64,000 nucleotides of DNA from Eledone cirrhosa (GCA_964016885.1 CAXHJY010000862.1:1-64000), one strand, 5' to 3'. Shown: positions 36,996 through 50,704, numbered from the stretch's first letter. Made by a program: numbers and translations. The notes: generated from the letters alone by a model not told the origin.

Positions 36996-39900
36996 GGACC
37001 AGGAGTGATTGGCCAAATAACTTTGACATCACGATGGGCTCCAGCGACTCAGCGCAGGTAACGGACCTGGTTGGGCTCTACCTGCTGAAGCAGATAAAAG
37101 ATGAAATCCCCTGCCTGGGCGGCGGATTATATAGTGACGATGCTCTATTCACAGTACATGACCACAGCACCAATATGTTGGAGGGTATGAGGAGGCGTAT
37201 TCGCCATTTCTTTAAGAACCAGGGGCTCAGCATAGAAATAGACCCAAATAGGAAGGTAGTTAACTTCCTAGACACCACCCTAAACCTGAACACCGAGCAA
37301 TACTACCCCTACCACAAGCCCAACGAGAAACTCGTATATGTTAACGCCAAATCAAACCACCCTAGATCCATAACCAAGGCAGTGGTGAAGAGTGTCTCGG
37401 ACAGGATCTCCAGCCTGTCCGCAAGTAAGGAAATATTCAACAACCACGCGGAATATTACAACGCAGCTCTAAAGAAGGCGGCACATGGACAAAATATAAC
37501 ATATAGTCCGAAAAGCCGGGAGGTGGATAGCCCAACAGACACCCACAACGGCGTTGCCAGAGGGGGGAGGGCGAACCCTAACAATACAGGCAGAGTAGAA
37601 TCAAATAGGCACCATGTACCAGACACCACCACACGGGCGGTGGGGACTACTGCGCTTGACCACGAGATGGAGCACAATATGAGTAGCAGTCTCAGGCGTG
37701 ACGCTAACTACCCCAGGACGGACGACCCCAATCGCAGGACACGTGGGGGGGGGGGCGACGACCCCACGATGGATCTCCCGGGGCGGACAACAACCACCCC
37801 ACAAATCCGGGCCGCGAAGATAGCAAAAAGTATAGAGCCCAAAAGGGAAGCAACAGTGCGGAAACCACCAGCAACCCAACAAATCTCCAACAAATCACGA
37901 AGCCCCCGACCCACACATATAGGAGGAGACACCGACAAATCACGTGGTACAACCCACCCTACTCAGCGGCCCTAAAGAAAAGCTTGGCCCGATTATTCTT
38001 TGGAGCACTTGACAAATGCTTCCCGAGGGACCACAGATACCACAGGATCTTCAACAGACACACTGTGAAGCTTTCGTATTCCACCACGAGAAATTTGGCC
38101 CAACACATAGCTAGCATCAACAGAAGTAGGCTTAAAAACCACACACAACCAGAAGATGGCAATACAAACACTCAGCAGAACCATGTGAAAGGAGGGAACG
38201 GGGGACCCAGAGCCCACCCAAGAAACACAAACAGACCCAAGGACCCCTCACCGAGCATGGGGGAGGACCAACATGTAACACATAATGAGAACCCTAATCT
38301 AGGCAGGCAGAGGCTGACCACCCCCTGCAACTGCAGAAACCCCGAATCATGCCCCCTTGGTAATGAATGTCTCAAGAAGAACCTAGTGTACGGTTGTAGG
38401 GTTAAAATCCCCAACTCGAACACCTCTACATAGGAGCCACATCAACGAGCTTTAAGGACCGCTGGTACAACCATCGCCATTCATTCAAGAAGGATGCCAA
38501 AAGGAAAAGTACAGCTCTCTCCGACCTGATCTGGAAGCTTAAGCTGGACAGGACCCCATACTCTCTGGCCTGGTACATAATCAGGAAAGTACCACCCGAT
38601 AAAGGGGGATCTTGCATATGCAAACTATGCCTGAACGAGACCCTCGAGATACTAAGAGGTGGAAGCGGCCTGATAAACCCCAGAACCGACTTCTTCGGGA
38701 CATGCAGACACCTTAGAGCCGGGACCTTTCTCAAGATATATGGACAGTAGCAACACAAGAAGATGTGAACTCCCCTCAAGCTATAGGGACTTCTACAGAA
38801 CATGAAAACACCTCTCGGCCAGACCTCCCTCAAGCTATATGGGCAATAACAACACCCTAGGTTGTGAACTCCCCTCAAGCCACAGGGAACAACCCAGGCG
38901 GAGCAGACACCATGATAGCCTAGAGATAGAATCGGACACAGCCATAATAATTTGGCCAACATCTATAACACAAACACTTTTAATTTACCAGATTTCTGAC
39001 TTTCAAGTTCCAATCTTAAATCTTGATTTCTCTTTATTAATTTGTTATTTGTTTTCTGCCCTCTTCACTGTATCACCTTATATTTATTTTAAGTTGAGAT
39101 AGATTATAACACAAACACATTGAGTTTGAATATCTCATCTTAACATCTTGTCTCATACCAATCTATCCAACATATTCTGACCTTGAGATTGGTTATAGCA
39201 CACACACACACACTTTATCTTACATTATTTATCACTTCTTCATATGCATTTTCATTACTTTTTCACCAATCTCTCATTTATTCTTTATTCTTTATTCTCT
39301 ATTTATTTATTTATTTTCAAATTACACAAATTATATTAATTATTTTATTATATTATTTATTTATTTTCTGTTCTCTTCATTTATTGCCTTATATTTCTTC
39401 ATATACATGGAAGAACCCCCCCCACCCCCCCACCCCCACCACCACCACTACGATGGTGGCGGGAGGGATGAAGGGAAAAAAAACACAAACTGGATACTTC
39501 TAAATTGTTAGCAGCAGCAAGATATAAGCTGACCACTACACCAACAACAGTACCAAAATAATGGTGGAGGTCAAATGTACTGAACAATAGCAGGCAAAAA
39601 CACTACAGGGAGCCTCACCCCAGAAATAATTCTATAGACTTCTGACTGAGGAATGCTTTCAGAACTGACCAATGGGAAGTTTGACACTTTTTCTGTTATT
39701 TTGTTCCTTTAACACCTTGTCCCTTCTACTATTTTATCAATTTTTAAGCTAACTCCAACAATAACAACACTTAGAATGAGGAATGTTCTAATAACTGACC
39801 AATGAGAGGAGAAGGGGACCTTTGACACTGAAATTCGTTTGTTTGAATTCATATGACTCCAGTTCCTCAGTGAATTAACAACCCAACAAGGAACTGGGCA

Positions 39901-40010
39901 TATCAGAGTATTGACAATATTATACACCTAAACAACATATGTACTTGTCTATACCATACTAATTCAAACTGCCTGAAGAGGTCACAGCCAAAGATGGCTG
40001 TCACTGAAAA
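36993..40010 (+). mobile_element. 5'-truncated PLE, family 3 (RT motifs B-E, GIY-YIG; two frameshifts)
   Basis: WTRSDWPNNFDITMGSSDSAQ, GLYSDD, FLDTTL, KSNHP; then ITWYNPPY, CNCRNPESCPLGNECL, LVYGC; then YIGATSTSFKDRWYNH...CRH, stop at 38750; 3' end at an HHR. Confidence 0.85.
39968..40009 (+). ncRNA. 5' part of a hammerhead ribozyme at the PLE 3' terminus
   Basis: ACTGC-CTGAAGA-GGTcACAGCCA aaga TGGCTGTcACT-GAAA, followed directly by an A run and (TA)n. Confidence 0.75.
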
Positions 40011-40065
<55 letters not shown>

Positions 40066-40072
<7 letters not shown>

Positions 40073-40187
40073 TTATTAAAATAACAGATTAAAGTTTAAG
40101 CAAAAAATCGCTGCTTTCACCCTTAACGGGATCTTCTGAAACCTTATCGAGCCCTATTTGGATTTTAGTCTTCAAATTTATTATTAT

Positions 40188-40190
<3 letters not shown>
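40066..40190 (-). mobile_element. Solo PLE family-2 end (CAGAAGA-type fold)
   Basis: Reverse complement of 28180-28300; (TA)n on both sides. Confidence 0.7.
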
Positions 40191-40251
<61 letters not shown>

Positions 40252-40253
<2 letters not shown>

Positions 40254-40697
40254 AAAGTTATATTTAAATTGTTGGGTTACAACTAGTAAATATTTATAAC
40301 TGATATAAAAGCACTCGACAAGTATTTGGAGTATATTTACGATATTAAATAAATGGAAACTATATTTATAAAACCATATCTATTTCATTATATATATTTC
40401 AGGGATATCATATTAACAATATGCTATGCCTTCCTCAGACAAAATACAATATAGACAGTTTTATAGATAAATAGATTTGACATACCGTTCAACATCGACT
40501 TGTATTTGAAAAGTCAAATCAACTTTTCAAATACAAGTCGATGTTGAACGGTATGTCAAATCTATTTATCTATAAAACTGTCTATATTGTATTTTGTCTG
40601 AGGAAGGCATAGCATATTGTTAATATGATATCCCTGAAATATATATAATGAAATAGATATGGTTTTATAAATATAGTTTCCATTTATTTAATATCGT
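40252..40697. mobile_element. Inverted pair of family-1-like PLE pseudo-LTRs, each with an intact hammerhead
   Basis: Near-perfect arms ~40338-40515 and ~40522-40698; HHRs at 40381-40446 (-) and 40590-40655 (+); downstream sequence resembles 19262-19380. Confidence 0.85.
40590..40655 (+). ncRNA. Minimal type-I hammerhead ribozyme (mirror copy 40381-40446 on -)
   Basis: TATTTTGT-CTGAGGA-AGGcATAgCATATT gtt AATATGaTATcCCT-GAAA-TATATA-TA-ATGAAATA. Confidence 0.82.
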
Positions 40698-40716
40698 ATA
40701 TATATATATATATATA

Positions 40717-41275
40717 TTAGCTTTAAAGCCCGGCGTTGCTCGGGGTCAGTAAGTTACGAAAGTTAGGTTGCACCACCCATTTTATGGCATCACTTTTTTG
40801 TCTGCCAGGCACTGGGTGAATGAATTGCAGACCTGGACTGCCGAAGCAGGAGTTGCGCCAGCAGTGACAATTATTGTTTCGTATGAAATGTAATAAGTTC
40901 TCTTTGTCATTGAAGTAAATAAATGTTTGACTATTCCACATTCAAAAACAAACGTTCTCTCTCTCTCCCTCTCCCTCCCTTCTCTCTCTCTTCGGCGTTC
41001 CTAAAGGAAGTTTGTAAGCATGTATGTAGTTTTATCGAATTTAAAGGGGAGAAGAGAGAGTAAATCAGATTGTATTAGAGGGGTAAAGCGTCATGTATTT
41101 AGTTTTATCGATTATTTCCGTAATTGTGGGTGAGTTTCAATGAAATAAATAGTCGTTGACCTATCTACAACATTCTTACAGACTTTGAGTCGAATCGGTT
41201 TGAAATTGTGCAAATCTATAAACATGGAACATGCACACACACACAACAACAACAATCTGCCTTTTATAGATAATG

Positions 41276-41276
<1 letters not shown>
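40717..41276 (-). mobile_element. Non-autonomous Helitron-like element
   Basis: Minus strand begins A|TC and ends with hairpin CCCGaGC aac GCCGGG, then CTAA|T about 8 nt later; A|T target, no TSD. Confidence 0.7.
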
Positions 41277-41367
<91 letters not shown>

Positions 41368-41919
41368 TGTCCAGGTTGCCAGGTTGCCCAATGGTAGCAT
41401 TGCAGAGCCCACTAGTATTTTAGGGGCCAATGCTTAGCTTTAAAAAAATACCTGAAGTCTAAGAGAAAGAATAAAATAAATGCTTTGCTTAATTGTTTTA
41501 TTTTTTTTTTAAATAAATAAAACAATTAAGCAAAGCATTTAGTTAACATCACATCATTTTATTTTGAAAATTTTGAAAGTAGGTTTATAAGTATGAATTT
41601 TCAATAGATTTTCGTAGTTGTCTCAGTAGCCTAGTGGTAGGTACTAGAAACGGTGGAGATCCTAGTCTTGGGTTCAGTTTTTATTTTGCATCCCATAGAA
41701 AAAGAAGACTGAAAAGGTTTACCGGGAACCCTACTCCCGATCAAGATCGAACTTCAGATCAGGATCACCACTGTCTATGATTCCCCAAGTAGGCCACCGA
41801 GACAGCTACAAAAGTATAAGGAAAATTAATAATTATAAACCTACTTTCAAAATCAAAATTAAATGATAACATTCTCTATGTTGGTGGGCCCCCTTCATCT
41901 CCTGGCACCCGATATTTCT

Positions 41920-42262
41920 AGACCAAAGATTAATATGGTTCGTTGATTACTCAACGAATACAGTTTCACAATAGATTAGAAGCACTCAATAGAGGGTTTT
42001 CCTGGAGTTTTTAATATTATTCAAAATGTTAACAATATCAAATCATATATGTCATATATCAAATCATATATTTTATCTGATGAGGACGTACTGAAAAAAA
42101 CAACACAGTACCTTTGAAATATATATAATTTTTATTATGAGAATATTTTTCATTTGTTAATATTTTGAATAATATTAAAAACTCCAGGAAAACTTAACCG
42201 TTGAGTGCTTCTAATCTAAAATTGTATTCATTGAGTAATCAACGAACCATACTAATCTTTGG

Positions 42263-42265
<3 letters not shown>
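41920..42265. mobile_element. Inverted pair of PLE pseudo-LTR ends with one partly degenerate HHR
   Basis: ACCAAAGATTAATATGGTTCGTTGATTACTCAA...TTGAGTAATCAACGAACCATACTAATCTTTGGT; CTGATGA at 42077, but the stem I 3' strand is disrupted. Confidence 0.75.
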
Positions 42266-42319
<54 letters not shown>

Positions 42320-42325
<6 letters not shown>

Positions 42326-42955
42326 TATATAAATAATAATAAAATAGATGATCTTTTGATCAATTACATTTTATTATACATATTTCGGATGTACAACAGT
42401 ACGTTCTCATCAGACAAAATATAATGATACATGACATACCCTGAGATGTTAAATGGTTAAGATTTAATCAAGGTAGTGATTAACCAAAGAGAAAATTTAA
42501 CATTTATACCCTATTAATGAGAAAATGCGAAAACGTAATAAATTCAATAGAGAAAGTGCGAGTAAGAAAAACGTTGCTTAATGTAACAGTTATAGAGATA
42601 TTAAGATGTATGATACAATTTACTCGCACTTTCTCTATTAATTTATTACGTTTTCGCATTTTCTCATTATTAGGGTATAAATGTTAAATTTTCTCTTTGG
42701 TTAATTACTACCTTGATTAAATCTTAACCATTTAACATCTCAGGGTATGTCATGTATCCTTATATTTTGTCTGATGAGGACGTACTGTTGTACATCCGAA
42801 ATATGTATAATAAAATGTAATTGATCAAAAGAACATCTTTTTTATTAATATTTATATATTAATATTAATAACTCTGGAAAATTATTTTTTGTAGAGTGCT
42901 TCCAATCTACTGTAAAACTCATTCTTTGACATACTCATTGAATCTGGTTTAACTA

Positions 42956-42960
<5 letters not shown>
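42320..42960. mobile_element. Inverted pair of PLE pseudo-LTRs with ~240-bp arms and two hammerheads
   Basis: Arms ~42320-42564 and ~42620-42865; HHRs 42364-42424 (-) and 42760-42820 (+); both ends in (TA)n. Confidence 0.85.
42760..42820 (+). ncRNA. Minimal type-I hammerhead ribozyme
   Basis: TTATATTTTGT-CTGATGA-GGAcGTAC tgtt GTACaTCC-GAAA-TATGTA-TA-ATAAAATGTAA; 11-bp stem I. Confidence 0.88.
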
Positions 42961-43027
<67 letters not shown>

Positions 43028-43183
43028 AAACTTGCTATTCCCCAGCGTTGCCATATTATTTTTTATACGCTCCCGTCTTCTCTCCATGCAATCACCTTGA
43101 CTTGAGAGTTATCTCCCTTGCTGTATATGCAATCTTTAATCACGCATCTACCTGTCTGTGTATTTCTTCTCTTGCTTCAAAGC

Positions 43184-44638
43184 ATGGCTTTTCGCCGTTT
43201 ATCTTCCTCTCTTGGCAGAAGTTTACTAAAATGTTCTCGTCACCATCAATGTCTACCTTTACGAATGTCTTCTCATTTCCCTATCGACGATTCACTTTTT
43301 GGTCTAACAGACGAACAAAAGCAAGTAAGTCGTATTTTGTAGAGTTTTGTTCATTAATTGTCCACTTCGTTTCTTTCTCCTTCAAAAAAATATAGAAATG
43401 TTATTATTAAGCCTGTAAGGTCAGTTTCGGTCAAATAAGTTCCTTCCACCCGTGACTATCCTGTCAGAGTTTGTCTTCAAATGATGTATATATCTAAGGT
43501 GTATTTTTTGTTTAAAGACGTGCGTGCGTGCGTGTTTGTCTCTCTCTTTGTGTATGTGTGAGAGAAAGTGTGTAATTTGAGGGTTAATTGACTGCTGTTT
43601 CTAGCAGAATAATCGACTATGTAGAGTTTTTCCTTCAAAAGTTTATAACACAGCTGGTACTGTTGGGAGTTTTTGTGCTGGCGCGGGTACCGTACGAGAG
43701 TAATTTTTTGTTATTCAACTTGGAACTAAACTGTCGTAATATTAAAATATATAAAATATAATTGTTATTGTGGACCTGAGTTGGAAGCGGAGAACGTGTC
43801 ATAATATGTGGCCTCCCAGATGAGGGTTCTACCCCCTGTGGAACTGAGTTCGTATCCCTGTCAGGATACTCAGACAAATTCATTTAATTTCACTTCAGCT
43901 TCACCAACACCCTTAATTAACTCGTTTAAGATTATATATTCTGCCAGGAAGCGCGACATCGTTAGATAGTACCAGCAATGGAAAGACCAATGGAAACATT
44001 GTTTCCTCGGTCCAATTTGACGAGTTCCACCGCACTCTGTAAGTGAATGAGGTCTGGGACTTTGACGATTGATCGATAACAAAAGATTATATAACCATAA
44101 CAATCTACCATTTTATTTTCACATGGCCTTGGACTCGGTCGAAAGCTTTCAAAACTTCGTAATTAAAAAAAAAAACATATAACCATGTTTCGTGTTTGGT
44201 GTTATTGGTATTATTGTTGTTATTGGTGTTATTGTTGTGCAAATACGTACGTACATAGTTGCACCCACACACAAACAGACATATCATCATCATCATTTCA
44301 CGTCCGTTCTTTCCACACTAGCATGGGTTAGACGGGTTGTCCTGTTGTGGGCAGTGTCCGGTCGGCTGACCTTGTCTTGCTCATACGGGAACTGATTCTG
44401 GCTTGATTTCTACAGCTGGATGCCCTTCCTAACACCAACCTCATTTACAGTGAGTGGTGGGTGCTTTTTTGCCGTGGCACCTCCACGACCACTTCGCAGT
44501 GGAATGATATGGACCCCAGTCCTATCATCTCATTTCTACAGCTGAGTAAACTGGAGCAATGTGAAATAAAGTGTCTTACTTGTATTTATCTAGTTGATGT
44601 CTAAATTCCAATGAAAGAATCTTGTTTCTATGTTATAA

Positions 44639-44674
<36 letters not shown>

Positions 44675-45044
44675 AATATATAAAATAACATACATACGTA
44701 AATATATATATTTACATATTTGTGTGTGTATGTGTGTGTCTATATATATATATCGATCGACTTTCGTCAAATCGGACCGAGGCAACAATGTTTTCCGTTG
44801 GTCTTTCCAATTGCTAATACTATCTATCGGTCGCAACTCCAGGTAGAAGGAGCAACGTGAAATAAAGTGTCATAATCAAGGACATAATGCATCGCCCGGT
44901 CCAAGAATCGAACTCACAACTCAAGTTTGTGAATCAAATTCTCTAACCACTCAGCCACACCCCTTTGTGTATATATATACATACACATATTTGTGTATAT
45001 ATAAACATGCATATTCACATATATATATATATATATATATGTAA

Positions 45045-45080
<36 letters not shown>

Positions 45081-46290
45081 TCATCGTCACCACCATCACT
45101 ATCGTCATCAAAATCACTATCATCATCACCATCAACATCATCACCAACTTCACCAGCATCATTATCATCATCATCACCATCACCACCACCATCATCATCA
45201 CCATCACCATCACCAACACTACCACCACCATCATCATCAGCAGCAGCAGTTAAGAATATTTTATTTATTTTCTCATTGGTTTAGCTTCGAGAATCTGTCT
45301 TCCAGTTTGTACAGAAGGAACTTGCTCCAAAGGCTACTGAAATTGATCGCACCAATAACTTCTCTGAACTACGGGTAAGTTGCCTAGGCCCCAGGCTGTC
45401 TAGTTCCCATATTGCCTAGTTACCATGTTGGCTAGTCCTATAGTTACCTAATGACCAAGTGTCTTAGTCTCCAAGTTCCCAAGTTGATCAATCCCCTAAT
45501 TACCACATTACATAGTTGCTTAAGGCCCAAGTTGCTGAACGCCCAAGTTGCTTAACACCCACATTGATTAATGCCCACATTGTGTAAGGCCAAAATTACT
45601 TAATACCCAAGTTGATCACTCCCAAAGTTTCTTGTGCCCAAATTGCCTAGTCCCCAAGTTGCCCAGCCCTATAGTTTCCTACTGCCTAAGTTGTCTAGAA
45701 CCCATTATTCCCTTTTCAACTACTACTACTACTACACTTGTCTCTCCCTTCCTTTCCCAGAGCTAGCTTGATTTGTTCCATCTCCATCCAAGTCTGTCCA
45801 ACTCACTCGCCTCTTCTCCTCATGTCATTCTTATTATATCTACCCATAACCTTGTCCTTACACTCTTCATTATTTTCAAAAATATTTGATAATCTGAGGC
45901 AGTGTCTTTCATTAGAAATATGGTAATGAAAGGGTTAATGACATAGACAGTGTCTTTCATTAGAAATATGGTAATGAAAGGGTTAACAGGATTATACTTT
46001 TTGTTTCCACTATACTTCAGGAATTCTGGTTAAAATGTGGTGAAATGGGTTTACTTGGAATCACAGCTCCCAGTAAGTATATATTTCTCAATACAGTCTC
46101 TTTCCAATAGAGCTAATATAAGGTTAGAAAACTACTATTACTACTGCCACTGCTGCTACTATTGTTGTTGTTGCTAGTGTGACCTGGGACTAAACAACAA
46201 CAATGAATGATGATGATTAGAATATTGTCTTTGTATTACATCAACTGAAGATTGTGTCTAGACATATTTTAAAGATAAATCACAATTAAG

Positions 46291-46348
<58 letters not shown>

Positions 46349-48285
46349 GATGTCCCCCAAAAATGTATACACACTTTGATTACCTGTACAGGCAATATTT
46401 ATTAGAATGCTGTTGAAGTGTATATACATTTTTGGGACACACACCCTGTATGTGTATATTGTACAATGTGCACTTTAAAGTATATAATGTGTATATATAC
46501 TATATATATATTCTATATATGTGCATTGTAAAGTATATAATGTGTATTAAAAGTATATGTATATATGTATATTATATATTATTATATGTATATATATATA
46601 TATAAGGACGGTGGATTGGCAGTATCGGTAGAGTGTCGGATGCCATTCTGAGTTCAAATCCTGCCGAGGTTAACTTTGCCTTTCATCCTTACAGGGTAGA
46701 TAAAATAAAGTACCAGTAATACACTGGGTAATTGTGCCAAAAGTAGAAACAATTATATATATATATGCATTGTAAAATGTATAATGTGTATATGTACATT
46801 ATATATGTATATTATACATTATCTGTATATATTATACATTATCTGTATATATATATGTACTGGGTAATTGCTGGCCTTGTGCCAAAAAGTAGAAACAATT
46901 ATCTGTATATATATATGCATTGAAAAGTGTATATATATATACACATATGATGTGTCTAATGATATGTGCAGGTGAGGCTAAGGGTACAGACGTGACTTTG
47001 TGTTTAAAATTGCTGCAGTTGTTAGACTATCAGCTGTGATACCTTGCAGTAACTGTTCTGTCTCTGTAAATTCTGATTTCAAATTCCTCCTCCTGTTACC
47101 AGAAAGATGCATTGGGTGGTGGCTGGTGGTTCTCCTTATTAAAACCTTCAAGATACCTTCTTTGAGATGGTATAGGAGATCAACAAACCTATACTACTGT
47201 AAACTGTAACAACAACAACTACAACATTGACCTTATATGGTTTTAAATGAATATTTTGAGCATATTACTCCAGTTCAGGTTTAAAATAATATCTCTGATC
47301 ACTTTATATCAACTAGCCTTCTCTCTAATTTTTTCTATTTATTTATTTATTCAATTTAAACGTCCGTATAGAGCTATCCATGACAGACTAGGGGAAGTAC
47401 TTCTTACAGTTGAGAAACAAAAAAACAAGATATACAGAGATAAGTGAAAATAAAAATTAAAATAAAATAAAATGAAAATTTGAATAGGGAAGCCAATGGG
47501 AGGCAAAATAAGCATAAAAAAAGATAAAGAAAAATGGGAAACAAGGGACGCTGTAAAGTAACTAGGAGGTCAATAGCCCCTCTTTACTACTGTAAGGGGG
47601 CTAGGAGGTCAGTAGTCCAACATCAGTACTGACTCGGTCTATGTAGACCTGTCCAACTGTTGCTAGCTGGGATAGCAGACATTAACCCTTTAGCATTTAC
47701 GTTACTCTATATTTACTATTGTATTTTTGTGGTAAAGGCTTTATCTCACATAATTATCTCACATAATCTATGAGATTTTGATGTTATTTATTTTGAGAAC
47801 AATACATTAACATCAGTAAGAGCAGCCGGTTTGAACTGAAGGAGGTGAGGGAATTCTGGATAGATATGGCCAGTTTAAATGCTAAACGGTTAAATGGTTA
47901 ATGATGATGATGATGATTAACATTGCGATTCTATTTTCCAGGTGAGTTTGGAGGTTCTGATGGTGGTTACCTGGATCATTGTCTTGTCATGGAAGAGATG
48001 TCTCGAGCATGTGGTGCTATAGCTCTTAGTTATGGAGCACATTCTAATCTTTGTGTCAATCAACTTGTACGCAATGGAACACAAGAACAGAAAGAGAAAT
48101 ATCTACCAAAGGTAATAATCTCTTTCTTTCCTCTCTCTCTCTCTCTTTCTCCCCCACCCCCTCTCTCTCTCGTTCAGTTGATTTTTTTAGGGTGTTTCAA
48201 TAGATTTTCCTTATTTATGTATCATCATTATCATCACCATTTAACATCCATTTTTCCATGCTAGCACAGGTTATATATATATATG

Positions 48286-48318
<33 letters not shown>

Positions 48319-50652
48319 GGAACGAGTAGGACCCCGACGGCTGAGCTCAAGCCGTTTTGACGGCTAATTCAGTCCAGAATTAGCCGTCAAAACGGCTTGA
48401 GCTCAGCCGTCGGGGTCCTACTCATTCCTATTACCCACTCTACTACCCTAAGTATTGAGTACTTTGGTGCGTTATGGTCCATCTGGTTCCTTACCACATT
48501 TCCTTCATTATATATATATATCCAGGGAGTGTAACTTGGAGTTACTGTAGGTTCACCCGGGTGAGCACTCGATGTTTAGGTTCACTTCAGTGTTGAGGTG
48601 TAGAGCTATACAGAGTGTATTATAGTGAAAAGATAACATGGGTGATTGGTTATTCCTTCATTACATTTATTGGCAGGTGATGTGCGTTTCGCCACTGATC
48701 AGCTCAAGGTTCGATCTGTATCGATCTTACCCGACTCTGTAATCTGCAGGTCGACGGACCTTGAGCTGATCAGTGGCGAACCACGCGTCACCAACCAATC
48801 AATGTAATGAAGGAGTAACCAATCGTCCTTGTTATATTTTCACTATATATATGTATGTAAGTGTGTGTATATATATGTGTGCGTGTGTGTGTGTGTATGT
48901 GTGTGTATATGTGTGTGTGTGTATATATATATGTGTGTGTGTACATGTATGTGTATATACAGCTAATTTTGTAATGTAATCTGTTCCAGTTGATAACAGG
49001 TGAACATATGGGAGCTTTAGCCATGAGTGAACCAGGAAGTGGCTCAGACGTGGTCTCCATGAAACTTAAAGCAACATTTAAAGGTAACATATTAGGATTA
49101 TCTGTGGATCTTTAAGAGAGAGTCATCTTTTATCCTGCAAGAACATCTTGGATTTACATCTCGATTGTTCAGAGTCTCTGAGGCAGAGATTCATCATCAT
49201 CATCATACTTAAACAGCAACCAGTGAAAAATATGTGGCTTTGGTGGAGGACTGATTTAAAGGTTCTACTGGAATATCTCCTCATTCAAACATTTGGATAA
49301 AAGCCACACATATATGTATGTGTGTGTGTGTGTGCATATATGTATGTGTGTATATATATATGTGTGTGTATATATATATGTGAGTGTGTGTATATATATA
49401 TGTGTGTGTATATATATATATGTATTTGTATATATGTGTGTGTGTGTGTGTGTGTATATATCTGTGTGTGTGTGTATATATATATGTGTGTGTGTGTGTG
49501 TATATACATGTATATATATATGTATGTGTGTGTATGTGTATATACATGTATATATATATATATATGTAGGTGTGTATATATATATATATGTGTGTGTAGA
49601 TGTATATATATATATTTATGGAGGCACATGGCTTAGTGGTTAGAGCATTGGCTTTGCAATCGAAAGGTTGTGAGTTCAATTCTCAGACCGAGTGATGTGT
49701 TGTTTCTTTCAGCAAGACACTTTATTTCACATTGCTCCAGTTTACTCAGCTGTAGAAATGAGATGATAGGGATTGGGGTCCCTATCATTCCACTGCAAAG
49801 TGGTCGTGGAGGTGCCACGGCAAAAAGCACCCAGCACTCACTGTAAATGAGGTTGGTGTTAGGAAGGGCATCCAGCTGTAGAAATCAAGCCAGAATCAGT
49901 TCCCGTCCCAGCTTTGCAAGCAACGAAAAGCGGACGTAAAATGATGATGATATATATATATATATACACATGTATTTATGTATGTAAACACTTATGTATG
50001 TAAACACTTATTTCATCAGGAGACCATTATGAACTAACTGGAAACAAGTTTTGGATAACAAATGGACCAGATGCGGACGTGTTGGTAGTCTACGCTAAAA
50101 CTGACCCTGACAATGAGAAACCCCAACATGGTATAACAGCTTTTCTAGTAGAGAAGGTAGGACCTGTTTAAAGATTTCATTGTTTCTATATCATCATCAT
50201 TAACATTATCAAATCTCGCTGAGGTTAGCTTTGCCTTACTGGGTTGATAAAATAAAGTACCAGTAATGCACTGGGGTCGATTTAATCGACTTTCCCCTCC
50301 CCTTCAAATTGCTGGCCTAAAGTAGAAATAATTATTTTTTGGGGTCTATGTTCCATACTTGCAATACATTACGTAGTGGGTAAATGGATTTGCATAGGAA
50401 CACAAAATCATATATATATATGACCATTACTGGCGGCGATCACTTTGGAAAGAATCGGTCCTAACTGAGGGAGTCTCTTGATATGCTTGACGCCTCATGG
50501 ATGATGTGCATGTGCAGCGATCTTGCACATTTCCACATAGCACAAGCGAAACTGCCGGCAGTCGGGGCTGGAAGAATATCAGTAAACATTTATCTATTAT
50601 TTCTTTTACTCTTTTACCTGTCCCTTAGGTTACCTTCATATGGTGCTGTGGG

Positions 50653-50704
<52 letters not shown>

